Position numbers and translations under genes: made by a program. Under the pieces are notes generated by a model, which was given only the letters and a program-made list of their open reading frames with translations, was not told where the DNA came from and did not search any database. DNA of 62,963 bases, filler included, from Octopus bimaculoides (Eukaryota), in the NCBI RefSeq assembly GCF_001194135.2. It is 3 parts of 3 records of this genome, joined end to end, with 100 filler letters (N's around TTAATTAATTAA, not from the genome) between each part and the next. Parts side by side here need not be neighbours in the genome. Positions count along the whole stretch, not along the records: positions 27,597 to 59,189 come from NC_069006.1; 2 more parts are not named here. One strand, given 5' to 3'. Shown one piece after another: positions 39,176 to 53,497 of this stretch. The number at the start of each line of letters is the position of its first letter. The first letter of the stretch is position 1.

Positions 39176-39837
39176 ATTGACAAGGGGTGCATGTGAATAA
39201 TGGAAGAATGAAGTGTCAAAATATTTAAGTAAAAGAGTCGGAGGCTGACCTCAATATACTGTGCTCATGGAGAAGAGGACAAATGGAAAAGTGTCTGAAA
39301 AGGAAGTCCTGGGGGTTAATATGTTCAACTAAAACCCTTCAAGGTGGTGCTCCAGCATGGCCATAGCCAAACGACTGAAACAAGTAGCAGAATAGAAGAA
39401 AGAAAGAAAGCAAGAAGGGGAGGACGAAAAGAAATATGTACAGGTCTCCCTTCACTGGAAGATTACAATAAATTTCGAAATTTGATGCAGTTTTGATAGT
39501 GTTAGCATTGGTGAAAGATTAATGTGTTTACTGTGTGGAAGAGGTTGCTGCTGAAGGTGTTCTGTGGAGTCTTGTCATTAGTTTAAACACAGTCTGATAA
39601 ATGAGATGTAGTGAGGTAAGAGATGTGACTGCAGGCTTTACTTCTAATCTGTGGAATTTCTTAAGTCTCTCCTGTAATTGACTATCAAAATTCATAGGGT
39701 CTTGAAGAAAATAAATCGCACAAACACGTGTATGTGTGTACGTATGTATTATATACATAAATGTATACGTTCGTTAGTGTGTGTGCACGTAAATATGTGA
39801 GTGTATATACAAAATGTATAAAGTGGCCATATATGTT

Positions 39838-39869
<32 letters not shown>

Positions 39870-40209
39870 AAATAATATTAGGGACAAAATCCAAAATTTT
39901 ATTGTCTTTATCTTATAATATTTACTTTGTATTATATTATACTCATTTATTGTGCTTTTAATTATTAATTTTTCTATATGTGATAGTGGATTTTCATCGA
40001 TGAGTTCANNNNNNNNNNNNNNNNNNNNNNNNNNNNNNNNNNNNNNNNNNNNNNNNNNNNNNNNNNNNNNNNNNNNNNNNNNNNNNNNNNNNNNNNNNNN
40101 NNNNNNNNNNNNNNNNNNNNNNNNNNNNNNNNNNNNNNNNNNNNNNNNNNNNNNNNNNNNNNNNNNNNNNNNNNNNNNNNNNNNNNNNNNNNNNNNNNNN
40201 TATATAGTA

Positions 40210-40510
40210 TATCATCATCATCATCGTTTAACGTCCGCTTTCCATGCTAGCATGGGTTGGACGATTTGACTGAGGACTGGTGAAACCAGATGGCAACACC
40301 AGGCTCCAATCTAAATTTGGCAGAGTTTCTACAGCTGGATGCCCTTCCTAACGCCAACCACTCAGAGAGTGTAGTGGGTGCTTTTACGTGTCACCCGCAC
40401 GAAAACGGCCACGCTCGAAATGGTGTCTTTTATGTGCCACCCGCACAAGCCAGTCCAGGGGCACTGGCAACGATCTCGCTCGAAAATCCTACGGGAGCCA
40501 GTCAGGCGGT
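40210..40510 (-). mobile_element. Family D retroposon (young, CpG intact)
   Basis: Reverse complement of 38971-39175 with extra 5' sequence. Confidence 0.85.
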
Positions 40511-41601
40511 ACTATACTGTTGAATTTAGCACTGAGCCTAGTTATGTTCAGCAATAGCCACTTAAAGCAAGCTAGGTGGGCTCTGCTATTAAGTATCTTG
40601 ACCCATGGTCATGATGGTGTCAGTCAGTGAAAGGATATGAACCACTGACCTCTTAGATTGATGACTCTCTCTCTTTCTCTCTGTCTCTCTCTCTCTCTGT
40701 CTCTCTCTCTCTCTCTCACACGCACACCAATACTCAAACAACATCTACTTCCATGTACACTCAGTTTCATACATACACATATACACACAGCTGTACTGTC
40801 ACACACTCACACATGCAATCGTCTATACTCTCATACATGCCTGAATACATACACCTGTTCTTTCACACCATACGTACATACCACTCCTCTGTACTTTCAC
40901 CGACAGACAAACTATCATCATGCACATACACATGCGCCCTGTATTCTCATGTGCACTCACACAGCATTCATCTGCACTCTGTCATATACGCACCTGTCCT
41001 TGCATGCAGAAGTATTTAAACAGTTTGAAGGAAATGTTGCAGTGTCCACCTCCAATAGGAAACACACACACACACACACAGGCTTGTGCATGCTTTCAGC
41101 TTTCGTGCTACTATTACATTCACTATGACAGCAGAAGGATTTCTGCCTTGCAGTTAATGTATAGCACCCATGGAGTGTGAGTATTTAGTTATTTACTGCC
41201 TATGTCTTCTTCCTCCAATCATATCTCTCTTAACACCAGCTCAATGCATGTCTACGTCTGATTGGCTCTTACATAATGATGACCAAATCGTTGTCAGTCC
41301 TGATCCTGTAGGCCTGTGATCAAAAATGTTCCTACACTGACCATCTTGTCTTTTATCTTTTTTTTATATACAGAACATCTGGAACTACATCATTAATGTG
41401 TCCTTCATCTTTTCAAAATGTGATTTGAGAGAGATTTTGCTGCTGTTTCTAGCAGGTCATTAAAAGCAGCCATTTAAAGATCCTTTATTGGTTTGTTGTG
41501 GCAAGTCTGAAAAGAGTATCAAAGCGCATTGTCGTACCAATGCAGTCATGATAAATAATGTTCCATCCTTATTCTCCCATTTTGTATAAGATGAGAAGGT
41601 G

Positions 41602-41755
41602 TATTCTGTTGTGTCTGGGGAGAGTCATTTTCTTATCGTGCCTTAAAATTTAACACACCCACCGTTAAAATTTCCACTTATTATTTTTATTTTCCTAAAA
41701 TTTTCGTTGCGTCTTGCACGATAAGAAAATGACTCTCCCCAGACACAACAGAATA
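41602..41755. repeat. Perfect 40-bp inverted repeat with 74-nt spacer
   Basis: TATTCTGTTGTGTCTGGGGAGAGTCATTTTCTTATCGTGC (41602-41641) and its exact reverse complement (41716-41755). Confidence 0.95.
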
Positions 41756-41970
41756 TGCTTCAACACACGAAATCACATAAAAAATCTTGCAAACCAAATC
41801 CAAAAACGAAATATGAGAAGGTGTAGTTTGAGGCAAAGTTTGGCTGTTATAACTAGCATATAAAGCAAATAAAGGTTACCTTGTTAGTTTGTAATTGAGT
41901 AGAATATATATGTTTTTTAATTCCCGGTTTCTCTGTTTGGCATTATGGTATAGTTATTCTAGACATTAAA

Positions 41971-42032
<62 letters not shown>

Positions 42033-42039
42033 ATGCCGG

Positions 42040-42300
42040 GTATTCATGTCAACCATCTCTTTGACCAGCTATGTTGATCTTGATCTTTCTCTTCTTTTAG
42101 CTCCTGGACATCAAGTGTGCTCTCTTCCATAATATTCTATCTCACTGGCTATGTAGAACATGTCCAAACCACCATCTCCAGCTGTTTCTCATAAGCCACT
42201 CATCGATATAGATAATTTCGGTGACCTCTTGTTCTGTTATTCTTTCATTTCTTTGTACTGTTTTGCTATCTGATGCCTGAAATTCTCTTAGTTTCTTTGT
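42040..42300 (-). mobile_element. Decayed RTE-clade LINE fragment
   Basis: Minus strand RITEQEV...WRWWFGHVL...DRI, with stops. Confidence 0.6.
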
Positions 42301-42879
42301 TCTTTAAAATACAGAGAAACACATGAATATGGTTTCAGGACTCTGCTCCTCTGCACACCATCACTGATCTAACCAATGAAACGTGACCTTATCTTTAGAG
42401 ATGAAAAGTTTATTCAATATTTACATCTCCACAATGTTTAGATGATTTTGATCATTGATTGTCATCAGGTGTCTTATTCCTTATTAAACCAATCGAAACA
42501 TAATGTAGATGTAAATATTAAAAAGCGTTTCATCTCCAAAGACGAGGTCAATAGTCTGACACATTGGATAATCTTATTAACAATATATTTGTCTCAGATA
42601 TTTAGTTAGATGTGTTGTATTCACTCTGTTTCATTTATTTGCTAATATTTATACATTTATTAGATAAAACATTACTTGACAGATTTTGAAGTAGATGAAT
42701 ATCAGTGACTAGTGGCTGGGTAGATGTACATGTAAAAGTCTTTGACACCTTGCAATTATATAGTGTTACAATAAATCAGGGGGTCTCGACCTTTTTGTAG
42801 CTAACGACTCTTTTCCATCAAATGGTGTTTTACAAATATCCTCTCTTCAGCTTTTGGCAATCAAATAATGATTGTAATA

Positions 42880-43295
42880 ATCCTTTCTACTATAGGCACA
42901 AGGCTTGATATTTGTGGGGAGGGGATAGTCAGTTACATTGACCTCAGTGCTCAACTGGTCCTTATTTCATCAACCCCGAAAGAATGAAAGATAAAGTTGC
43001 CCTCAGTTAAATTTGAAATTGGAATGTAAAGACGACAAAATGTTGTTAAGGATTTTGTTCAGCATGCTAATGGGTCTACCAGCTTATCACCTTAATGATA
43101 ATAGTAATAATCCTTTTTATTAAAGGCTTAAGGCCTGAAACTTTGGGGGAGGGGCGAGTCAGTCGCATCAACTCCAGTGTTCAAAGGCTGAAAGGTAAAG
43201 TCAATCTTGTTGGAATTTGAACTTGCAATGTAAAGGTGGACAAAATGTTGCTAAGCATGTAGTCCAGCTTGCTAACAAGTTTGCCAGCTCACCAC
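42880..43295 (-). mobile_element. Two tandem SINE family B copies
   Basis: Reverse-complement cores at about 42880-43095 and 43125-43295. Confidence 0.78.
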
Positions 43296-43889
43296 CCCAA
43301 TAATAATGATGATGATGATGATGATGATAATAATAATATTAATAAGCAGATTAGTTTAATGAAACAGAAGCTGATTTAGCATAATGGCAATATATCAATA
43401 TTTTCATACACTATCCCTTCCAGCATGTTCCTCTTTTTAAATATTTACATGGAATCGTGCTCCTTAAATTACATTTTTATGGAATTTACTGAAGAATGTG
43501 ATGATTTATATATATAATAAATTACGTCCAACCTTGGCTCAACATTAGTCCTGTTTCTCTAATCATTGATATTCATATTTTATTCTTGACAAAGAATTTT
43601 TTTTTTTAATTAATTTTTAGTTTTGAAAATGTGTTTAAAATATAATTATTGTATTTAGTTCGAATATTTTACATCTAAGAGAAACCATGACCCCTCCAAA
43701 CACAGTGCTCCCTTGACATTTACTGCTTCTTTATGGACTCACAGCACCTCCATGGGGTGCTACCATCCAAATTAAAAATGAAGTAAAAAAAAATGTGTTC
43801 TTTAATTATAACAACACTAATTATAAATATTTAATTATAATAACACTAACATAATCTGTAACAAATCCATACATGTATGGACAAAAGCC

Positions 43890-44010
43890 TATGGAAATAA
43901 ACCATATATTGTTACTATGGAAACATACCTTATATGTATATATAATGTTGCTGCTATGGGAATATACCTTATATATATAGTGTTACTATGGGAATTTCAT
44001 TTATAATATG
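43890..44010. repeat. Degenerate minisatellite (GTTACTATGG.AA.ATACCTTATAT units)
   Basis: About four imperfect copies of the CTATGG(G/A)AA core. Confidence 0.6.
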
Positions 44011-44539
44011 TATTATTATGATGGAAAAAAATATAAGTAATATTACTTACAGTATATATGTTTTTAATAGTTACAACATCTTGACTTTACTCCAAGATGC
44101 AAATGTTATTAAAGCTTAACGAGATATTTATTCTTCCTTGTTAATTGCTATCGCGTCTTCATGGTTGATGTCTTCAAAGAATCAGAGTGTGTCTATGGTG
44201 TGCAAAAATAGACAAGAACATTTCTGTAGCTAATTCTAGGGAGTGTATATTGAGTATATGTCGTTTGAAACACTTTAACACTATTCCATTTATTTCACAT
44301 TCTCTGCACTATTTACATAACCATTATTAGATTGACATTTAAGCATATGGTATCTCTTCCCATAAAACAGTGTTCTAGTTTTTTTACCTTATTTTATTAA
44401 TAATGTTTGACTTAACTCTGGTTCAGGTTTTTACACCACTGGAGCATCACTGTCAAAGGAAAACTATTAATATTATACATTATTATTAAGATTTACAAAA
44501 TCTTAAAATTTATCATTTCTGTTTTATTTTTCATCGTTT

Positions 44540-44901
44540 TTCACTTGTTTCAATCATTAGACTGTGGCCATGCTGGGACACCACCTTGAAGAGCTTTTTT
44601 AGTCAAACGAATCAACCCCCACTACTTATTTTTCTTAAGCTTGGTACTTATTTTATCAGTTTTGTTTGCCAAACCACTAAGTTACAGGAAGTAAATACAC
44701 CAACTCAGTTGTCAAGCAGTGGTGGCAGACAAACACACACACATACACAGGCTTCTTCCAGTTTCCCTCTATAAATCCACTCAAAAGGTTTTGGTTGGCC
44801 CTAGACTATAGTAGAAGACATTTGTCCAAGGTGCCACTCAGTGGGACTGAACCCAGAACCATGTGGCTGAGAAGCAAGTTTCGTACAGCACAGCCATGCC
44901 T
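44540..44901 (-). mobile_element. SINE family A (CpG-decayed)
   Basis: Reverse complement of family A with CG>TG/CA substitutions. Confidence 0.85.
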
Positions 44902-47289
44902 TATAGATAGCTTCTTCACAAAGCAGGGTGTTTTTTTTTTTTCTTTATGGGTAAATTAGTTGAGTAAATTAACTTTGCCAATTCTCTGAACTCTGATTGA
45001 AAGCTCCACCCTGTTTTCTAGTATGACTTTTACAATTTAGGTTAGCATCAAAGGAAGCAACTGCTTGTCTGGACCAGTTGTCTCGTTTGCACACTCCTGG
45101 TTATGTTCTAAAGCAAAAACAAGGCTTTATCACAAGTATGGCTGTATGGCTAAGAAGCTTCTTTCACAATGTGATTTTGGATTCATCCCGACTGAGCAGC
45201 ATCTTAGTCAAGTACCTTCTACTATAGGCTTAGGGGTCAACTAAAGCCCTGTGATTGAAATTTGGTAAAATGAAACTGCAGAAGCCTGTTGGAGAGACTG
45301 ATCTTGTTTCTGTATGACATACATTTAATGTATTACCCTGTTTTTAATACTACCACCTGATCCAACAGCTAGGTCTCCTATCTGGATACAGCTTCCTCCC
45401 CATCAGAATGGAGGCCCTAAAAAAAGGATTGCGGGTGCTGCCTTTCTACTACTGGTTAAACCACCAATCCCTTTGATAGCAACCCACATGGAACTGTGCC
45501 TTGTTCTGTGATACAACTCTTCCATTTTAAAGTATTTCAAACACTAGCTTAATAATAACAGTTATTTTTAACAGAAGCTTTTGTTCTTTTCACAATGAAT
45601 TGGAACCATGGTAATCTTATTTCAAAAGGGTTAAAATAGTGAGATGAACTTTTGGGAACTATTCTGTCCTGTCATTTCAGACGTAGTTTATATGTTGACT
45701 ACATTGTGAAATATGTTCTTTTAAACATGGTATGATGTGATTTAAGGGACATTTCAGCTACTATTTCTAACATGTTCAGCAAGGCTTGTGTTCTTAATAA
45801 TTGCATATATTAGCCATTTGAGGTTTAGTACAAACAGTTTTGGTATCAAGTTTAGTGCTTTGGTTATTAATGGTATTGTACACTTGTCTTTCTTCATATT
45901 CTTGGGAGGTCTAACATAACCTCTGATTTCTTATACATTTTCTCAGATTCTTCTGAGGCAACATTTTGCTTTCCGGGTGTCAAATAATTAATTATATTGT
46001 AATTTCCAGTTGTAGTAATTAATATTAATTATGAGCAATTCATTTGGCAACCACATCATTGGGTCTTCTCTGTCTATTCGGTTATTAACCATTTGATGAC
46101 CATATTCCTATTGATATATTCTACCTTTTGTGATTCAATTAATTCTGAAAATAATCTAGAATTTAGAGCATCATTTCCTGACTGGCTCCCCTAAAACTCT
46201 AGAATTCTACAAGAGGTCACTAGGGGTTCTTTAAGAAATAGTAATAAACAGGTTGGTTATATGCAAATGATTCTTTGTGCTGCTTCTATATTTGTTATTT
46301 CATTAAACTTGCACAACATATTGCTTAAAGTAGTGAAATCTTGAGAAAGACAATTTTATGATTTGTTTAATGTCTTATGAAATTTAACTTTATGAAAGAG
46401 AAGAAAAGACTAGTAAAGGCATATAATTTTTATGTAGGAATTGAGTCAGGGAATGTGTTACATGGGTTCCTCGGTGCTGATTTACAGGCAAATAATTATC
46501 TTTGACATTAAGCCAATGTTAACAAAAGGTTTTTTTAATGTATATATGATGGTAGGTTTGAAATGAAATATGAACAGTTTAAATTGGGAGGTTTTGTATC
46601 ACACAACCGGAAGCAGTCTCAGACCAGTTAATTTATTGAAAGGGCTAAATTCTCATGAGACTTTTTTCCTTGTTTGTTTTCCAGTGGTCTTTTCACCATA
46701 CATAGTATCACTTGTCAAAAACTCAAAAATCTGCATTTTTCTGGCTTGCATTTTAATCATAGCAACATTTCTAATCCTTCTGGATTGGTTTAGTATAGTG
46801 TGCGCGTGTGTGTGTGTGTGTGTGTGTGTTGGGCGGGGGTTTCCACAATGTTTGTTTTCTCTGTACGAAGTCCATATGATTTAGTTATTCTTGCAAGTAA
46901 ATGACTTTCTTCTGTAAATATGTATTGAATTGTTTGATCTCTGGTTGTTACAAAATGGCTCTTTTCTCTATTATTTCTTTCTTCAAATCTTTGTGCAATC
47001 AACTCCATTATTCTCATTTTAAAGTACTTTGTGTGTCTGTGTATACACATTCATACATGCAAATATTAATGTTTGTTTTTTGAGTTCAATTATGATAATA
47101 ACAATTTTCCATTAATCTGGTGGGTGATTCTATACTTTTGTAGAGTACAAACTTATTACTCTTATAGGAAGAATGTTGTTGATAGTGACTTTGAAGTTTC
47201 AGCCAGCTAAACCATCGTTGCACTGTCTAATCATGGTTTAGCTGCCCAAAACTTTACAGTCACTCTTAACAATATCTCTGTATAAGAAT

Positions 47290-47687
47290 AATAAATAATA
47301 TATATTGTTGGCTCTCCGTCGCTTACGACGTCGAGGGTTCCACTTGATCCGATCAACGGAACAGCCCACTTGTGAAATTAACTTGCAAGTGGCTGAGCAC
47401 TCCACAGACATGTGTACCCTTAACGTAGTTCTCAGGGATATTGAGTGTGACGCAGTGTGACAAGGCTGACCCTTTGAATTACAGGTACAACAGAAACAGG
47501 AAGAAAGAGTGAGAGAAAGTTGTGGTGAAAGAGTACAGCAGGGTTCGCCACCATCCCCTGTCGGAGCCTCGTGGAGCTTTAGGTGTCTTCGCTCAATAAA
47601 CACTCACAACGCCTGGTCTGGGAATCGAAACCGCAATCCTATGACCGCGAGTCCGCTGCCCTAACCACTGGGCCATTGTGCCTCCAC
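47290..47687 (-). mobile_element. SINE family C-related, long variant
   Basis: tRNA head at 47687-47610; tail shared with 32700-32860, 35560-35735 and 6480-6600. Confidence 0.85.
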
Positions 47688-48449
47688 TAAATAATATATA
47701 TATACACATATATATCTAACATTGTCTTGTTGTTTCCATTTAACATTTCTCTTTTTTAATCTTGATAATGTTCTACTTGATTCAGACTCTGTCATCGTCA
47801 TTAATGTGTTATTATTGGCAGCATTAGATAAAGTGCCTTGCTGTATTTTATGTCTTTTTTTTTATTTTGTGTGTGTCAGTTCAGATTGCATTAAGGTCAT
47901 CTTTGACTTTCATCTTTCCAGCTTCCATAAAATAAATACCAGAGATATATTGAGGGTGTTGATCTAATTGACTCTTCCTTCTCTTAACATCTATGGCCCT
48001 GCTGTACCCACTTCAGAAATTACTGTTATAATAAACAGGGAAACTGTGGCAATTTTTTTTTCTTTCTTAATACATAATTCTCTAGCATATTCTCAATTGG
48101 AATTAGTGTTTGCTTCTTTTAAAAAGAAGTTTATGGTAACAGTGCAGATACATATGTATGTATGTGTGTGCATGCGTATTCACTTAATTATGTTGGTAAT
48201 TAAGTGTAATGAATGGAAATAGTTTGTAATAAAGTAGCAAATATGTGAAACAGTAACATAACAGTTATTGTTACAAAGAGGCAACAACAACAACAACATA
48301 TTTTTTTGTCTGGCTTTAAATTAGCTTTCATAATGTTTAATTTCATTTTATGTCTCTTCTAAATATAAATTTAAGATTCTCCTGGTTACAGGCTACAGCT
48401 AAAATGTCTCACAGCCAGTGTTATTAAATATTTCAATGTATGATTACAT

Positions 48450-48480
<31 letters not shown>

Positions 48481-50149
48481 CATGCATATATGTATGTGTG
48501 TGTGTATTTGTATAAATATATATATGTACATACACATACATAGATATATAGATAGATATATAATGGACTGTCAAAAGGGGACAAGGGATAAATTTTGTCC
48601 TTGGATTCAAAGCAGACAGCATGGTGATGGTGGTTGATGTGTAGGTGTGTGGGATGTCATTGTCGTTCTTGTTGTGGTGGCGGCAGTTGTTTTCTATTGT
48701 CCTCATAGAGCAATCATTAAAATAACTCTTGATATTTATCTTTAATTATCAGAAAAAGAGAAATATTAATCTAATTTCTGATATGCCACAAATAACAATA
48801 AACTTCACATCAACATGTTCCTCCTACACCAGTTGTTATCTGTTCGGCTTTCCATAAATTTTATCATAAATTAGATGCTTCCCACTGACTTAAAAATGAG
48901 GCAATCTTTGATAAAGAAACCCCCTACCTTCTCCCCCAGCACTCAACCCCTGCTCCATTGCATACTTCATCATGCGCTCCATCCTAACAGTCTTCTAAAC
49001 ACTTCCTCCCCTGCATCAACGTCGTCGAGCTGAGTTGTGTTTTTAGTGAAATGTTGCTGATAAAATTATTAAAATGAGCTTTCATTGGGTCTAAAGTACT
49101 TTCTTCCCCTGCTCGTTGATCATTTAATATATCATTTGATTGTGGAATTAAATTTCTACACTTTTTTATTTATTCTTTTCATAACGGAGCCTCTTTAATT
49201 ATACACAGACTTCGTGAAATATTATTACATGAAATTTGTCACAATAGCTTTTAAATCAATTTTGAAATTTTGTGCACTGTTTCCTTTTTGTGTGAATTAG
49301 TTTTAAATGTAATTTGTTAGAGATGTATGTACATACATACATGCATGCAATCTCACTTTAATTGGTGTATAATTTGTAAACAATACTCGTTATGTGTCTA
49401 GCATGCATATGCTTGTGTGTATATGTGTGTGTATGTGAAATGGATATGTATAATATATTCAAACATATGTTGAATTAATTGGTGTACATTATTAAACAAT
49501 ATTCATGTATATTACAAGTGTATATATATATTCCTTTGATATATCTATATCATATGTATATGTGTCTGCACGTGTCTGTGTATATGTACACATGTATTCA
49601 AACATATATTACTAGAGTGTATATATTTCTGATATATGATAGGAATATATGTACTCCTGTAGTTTTCTTACCAGTCTTATCTTCAAGTGACATTTATAGA
49701 GGAATGTTATTGATGCGCGTGCATACACACACACATGCACACACCATACTGAATGCAAAGTATATTATCCGCTTAGAATGGAATGCTGATATCAGTTTTC
49801 TGATTTCTTATAATAATAACAACAACAATAATAATAATAATTCAACAGTTATAAAATAATTCTCTTAATAATTGCATTAGCAAATTGTTTTCACTCAACT
49901 CATAATTGATGTTCTCCATTAATTTGTGATATGTCATCGCTAATTCACAATAACCATGTATTAAATATTTAAATGCTATAGAACATTGGAGTAGACAAGT
50001 GCAGCTCTTGATGTTTGCTTCGGCTTCTATTTAATGCTTTGTTCCTGTCGAACAATGAATGGGCTAAGTTGTTGATAGTAGGTTAGTATTGGACTACTGG
50101 CTCAGAGGTCTTCAAATGAGATATATATATATATATATATATATAAAAT

Positions 50150-50537
50150 CTTTCGCTTGTTTCAGTCATTAGATTGCAGTCATGCTAGAAGTCAGTATTG
50201 AAGCAAAGGGTTTCATTGAACAAATCAACTCCAGTACTTTAAATGTTTTTTTTATATTATTTTATATTTTTTGAAGTCTGGTACTTATTCTGTCATCCCT
50301 TTTGCTGAACTACTAAGTTATGAGGATGTAAACAAACTAACATTGGTTGTCAAGTGGCGGTGGTGGACAAACACAAAGACACACACACAAACATATTTCT
50401 ATATACACGACAGGTTTCTGTCTAATAAATCTACTTGTGAGGCTCTGGTTAGTTCAAGGCTATAGAAAAAACCGAATTCAAGACCACATGGTTGGGAAGC
50501 AAGCTTCTTGTCCCCCCCTCCCACAGACTATATATAC

Positions 50538-50574
<37 letters not shown>

Positions 50575-50885
50575 ATGGTCTGTTGTGGATTTGAGTGGAT
50601 TTGGTTGATAACTGAAAGAAGCCCATCATATATATACATGTGCGTGTGTGTGTATGGTATGTGCACATGCACACACATCTATATGTCTAGATTTGTGTTT
50701 TTCCCACACCTCTGCGTCACAACAAATGCTGGTTGTTTACATCCTTGTAACTTAGTGGTTTGACAAAAAACTGATACAATAAATATCAGGTTGAAAAATA
50801 AGTGCTGGAATCAATTTGTTCAACTAAACTCTTCAAGTTGGTGCTCCAGCATGGCTGCAATCCACTGACTAGAGAAAGTAAAAGA
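50150..50885. mobile_element. Two decayed SINE family A copies in opposite orientation
   Basis: Minus copy about 50150-50515 and plus copy about 50585-50885, separated by (TG)n. Confidence 0.7.
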
Positions 50886-51699
50886 TAAATAATAGATGGT
50901 TATGTATCTAAGATCGCATTATCTCGTATGTCCTCATTAGATAATGTAGGGAGATATTAGGTATCTGGCTGCTATTTCTACCAGGCTAACCAACATCACG
51001 GAGGCTCCCTCACTGATTCAGTATATAATCTGGTGTTCTATACAAGACAGGATATGTGTCTCATCTGCTGATGACCATAAAATTGGAACTATTCCATGGC
51101 CATAAGAAGCACTTTGTGTCAACTGGATGGATGTTATTATTCTCTTCAATGGCATTATTTAGTGCTGCATTATTGAACATCATTTCTAGCAGAATGTCTA
51201 ACAACTTCTCTAAGGATAAAACATGCCTTTTCAAAGCAGCAAGGCTATATCTTGTCACTGGTGTTTTATTCCAGTTCAATTACTGAATCTACAGGCAACA
51301 GATGTTTTAGAGATACTACAAAACCACTGGAAAGATATGCAAATTAGAAATTCTATGCTGCAATTCTTTACAAAAGGGAAGGAAGGACAGAATCAAAAAA
51401 AAAACCAACAAAAATTTTAAAATGAAACTGGTTCTGCTCTCATCTCCTTAAACTTTCTCATTATGAGCTTAAATTTGCCTTTGGAGAAAAATTCTATTTG
51501 TAATTGGAATAAGTTAATGAGGGTATTTCTGTGGAAGTGGAGGTTGCTTGATATAGAAATAGCTACTAAATTTCCCTCAGAACAGACCTTTCTAGTTAAA
51601 ATAAAAATGTGTTGTGAAGGGCGTTCAGTTGTACAACCATTCCAAAGCAGACATTGGGGTTTGGTGCAATATTCTGGTTCACTGGCTCCTTTTGAACCA

Positions 51700-51925
51700 T
51701 TAGCCCTTTCTATACCAACCTGGCTGAAACCGCCTCTGGCACTGTAGTACAAATGTCTTGTTTTCATAAGCCTTGAATTAAAATCTTCCACCAAACCTTA
51801 GTCACAATTTATGTTCTTAACACCAGCTTAATGAAAACTAAGTTGTTTTCCTAAATTCTTTGTTATATTTAAAATTAATTGAAACACAGAGCATCTCAGA
51901 ATAAATACAGTGACAAAAAGGCTAA
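51700..51925. mobile_element. piggyBac-like MITE, second family
   Basis: TTAGCCCTTT ... AAAAAGGCTAA termini. Related copy about 45465-45634 ends AAAAGGG|TTAA. Confidence 0.6.
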
Positions 51926-52402
51926 ACCCATGACAGTATGGAAAATGCATGTCAAATGGTGATGGTGGTAGTGGTGCTGCTGCTGATGATGATGATAGGC
52001 AAATTGGGCAATATAATCTTACATACATGATGATTGAATATAAACTAGAATGATTGTGGATGGAATGTTTTGGATGATAATAGTGTCTGTTTAATCAAAG
52101 GTTAATTAGAATGAGGGTAGGACTATAGGACTAATAACAACAGCAGTGGCAGCAGCAACACTAACAATATCTATCCAAACATTTGGGTAAATATCACACA
52201 GCTGTAGCATTGAAATAAGCACCGATTGTGGCTTCATAATTAGTCAGAATTATTCATAATTAACAGTGAACATTAATTGTCCTTGGAAGTCCTGCCACCA
52301 CTGCGCAAGTTAGATATAACTTTTCTGTAATGTGTGTGTGTATATTTCATTTTTCATTTTATCCAGTTTCAGCTCATGAGCTGTGGCCATGCTGGGGCAC
52401 CA

Positions 52403-52455
<53 letters not shown>

Positions 52456-53268
52456 TATATAAATTGCACAGATGGACGACAAAGGAACACATGGGAAAAT
52501 CACACATGAGAGAGACATTCCTCCCTCATCGGTTAGCAACCAAGACCATCACAATTTCACACCATTATTGATGTGTGTGTGCGTGCACGCACGCATGCGT
52601 GTATATGTCTTTATAAATACACACACTCACACACACACATCAGTTTCTGCTTGGTGAAAGTTTGAATTATATTGAATTAATAAAGTTCTTAGATTAAAAA
52701 CTTCCCCTCCCTCTATTGCTACCTCCATGTAATTCTTTTAACTCATGGGAGACTTAAATCGCAAATTGATGTTAATATCTGCTATCAGTTGAATAATTTC
52801 ACATTTTCATCTTAGTTTAGATAATCTCTGGAGGCAGAATGTTGGAGCCCCTCTATATCCCTGCCTCCCTTTTATCAGTCTTCTTCATACTGGTGGTATT
52901 CCTTCTGTCTCCCCTCATACCCTATCAAATAACGCAAATACTAGAAGGGAATACTTATGTTGGTTCTTTTTTTTTTTTTTTCTAATGAGGCCTGTTTTTG
53001 ATGAAAGAGAGCTACTGGTACACACACACACACACACACACATGTGCCAAGGAGGACAAAATTCTATGACCCTTCTCTTTCACCCATGTCATTTTGTTGG
53101 GTAAAAGTGGGGGTGGGTTGTAATTTTTAGTAAGCACTACTGAGACAGTTTAAGAAGATTGTTTCTCTGTCATGGATAAATGTAGACACATGCACACACA
53201 CAAACACACTCTAAATGAAATGCTCCTCCAATATACAGGCATGAACATGCATACCAACACACACACAC

Positions 53269-53497
53269 GGCGAGCTGGCAGAAACGTCAGCACACCGGGC
53301 GAAATGCTTAGCGGTATTTCATCTGCCGCTATGTTCTGAGTTCAAATTCCGCCGAGGTCGACTTTGCCTTTCATCCTTTCGGGGTCGATTAAATAAGTAC
53401 CAGTTACACACTGGGGGTCGATATAATCGACTTAATCCGTTTGTCTGTCTTTGTTTGTCCCCTCTGTGTGTAGCCCCTTGTGGGTAGTAAAGAAATA
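53269..53497 (+). mobile_element. Young tRNA-derived SINE, family B
   Basis: GGCGAGCTGGCAGAAACG...GAGTTCAAATTCCGCC head, then central CTTTCATCCTTTCGGGGTCGAT.AAATAAGTACCAG, which resembles the widely conserved metazoan SINE central (Meta-type) domain. Confidence 0.9.

Noticed and set aside
47722-48222. Adjacent ORFs in block 2
   Set aside because: No recognisable homology, stops in candidate frames and weak acceptors.
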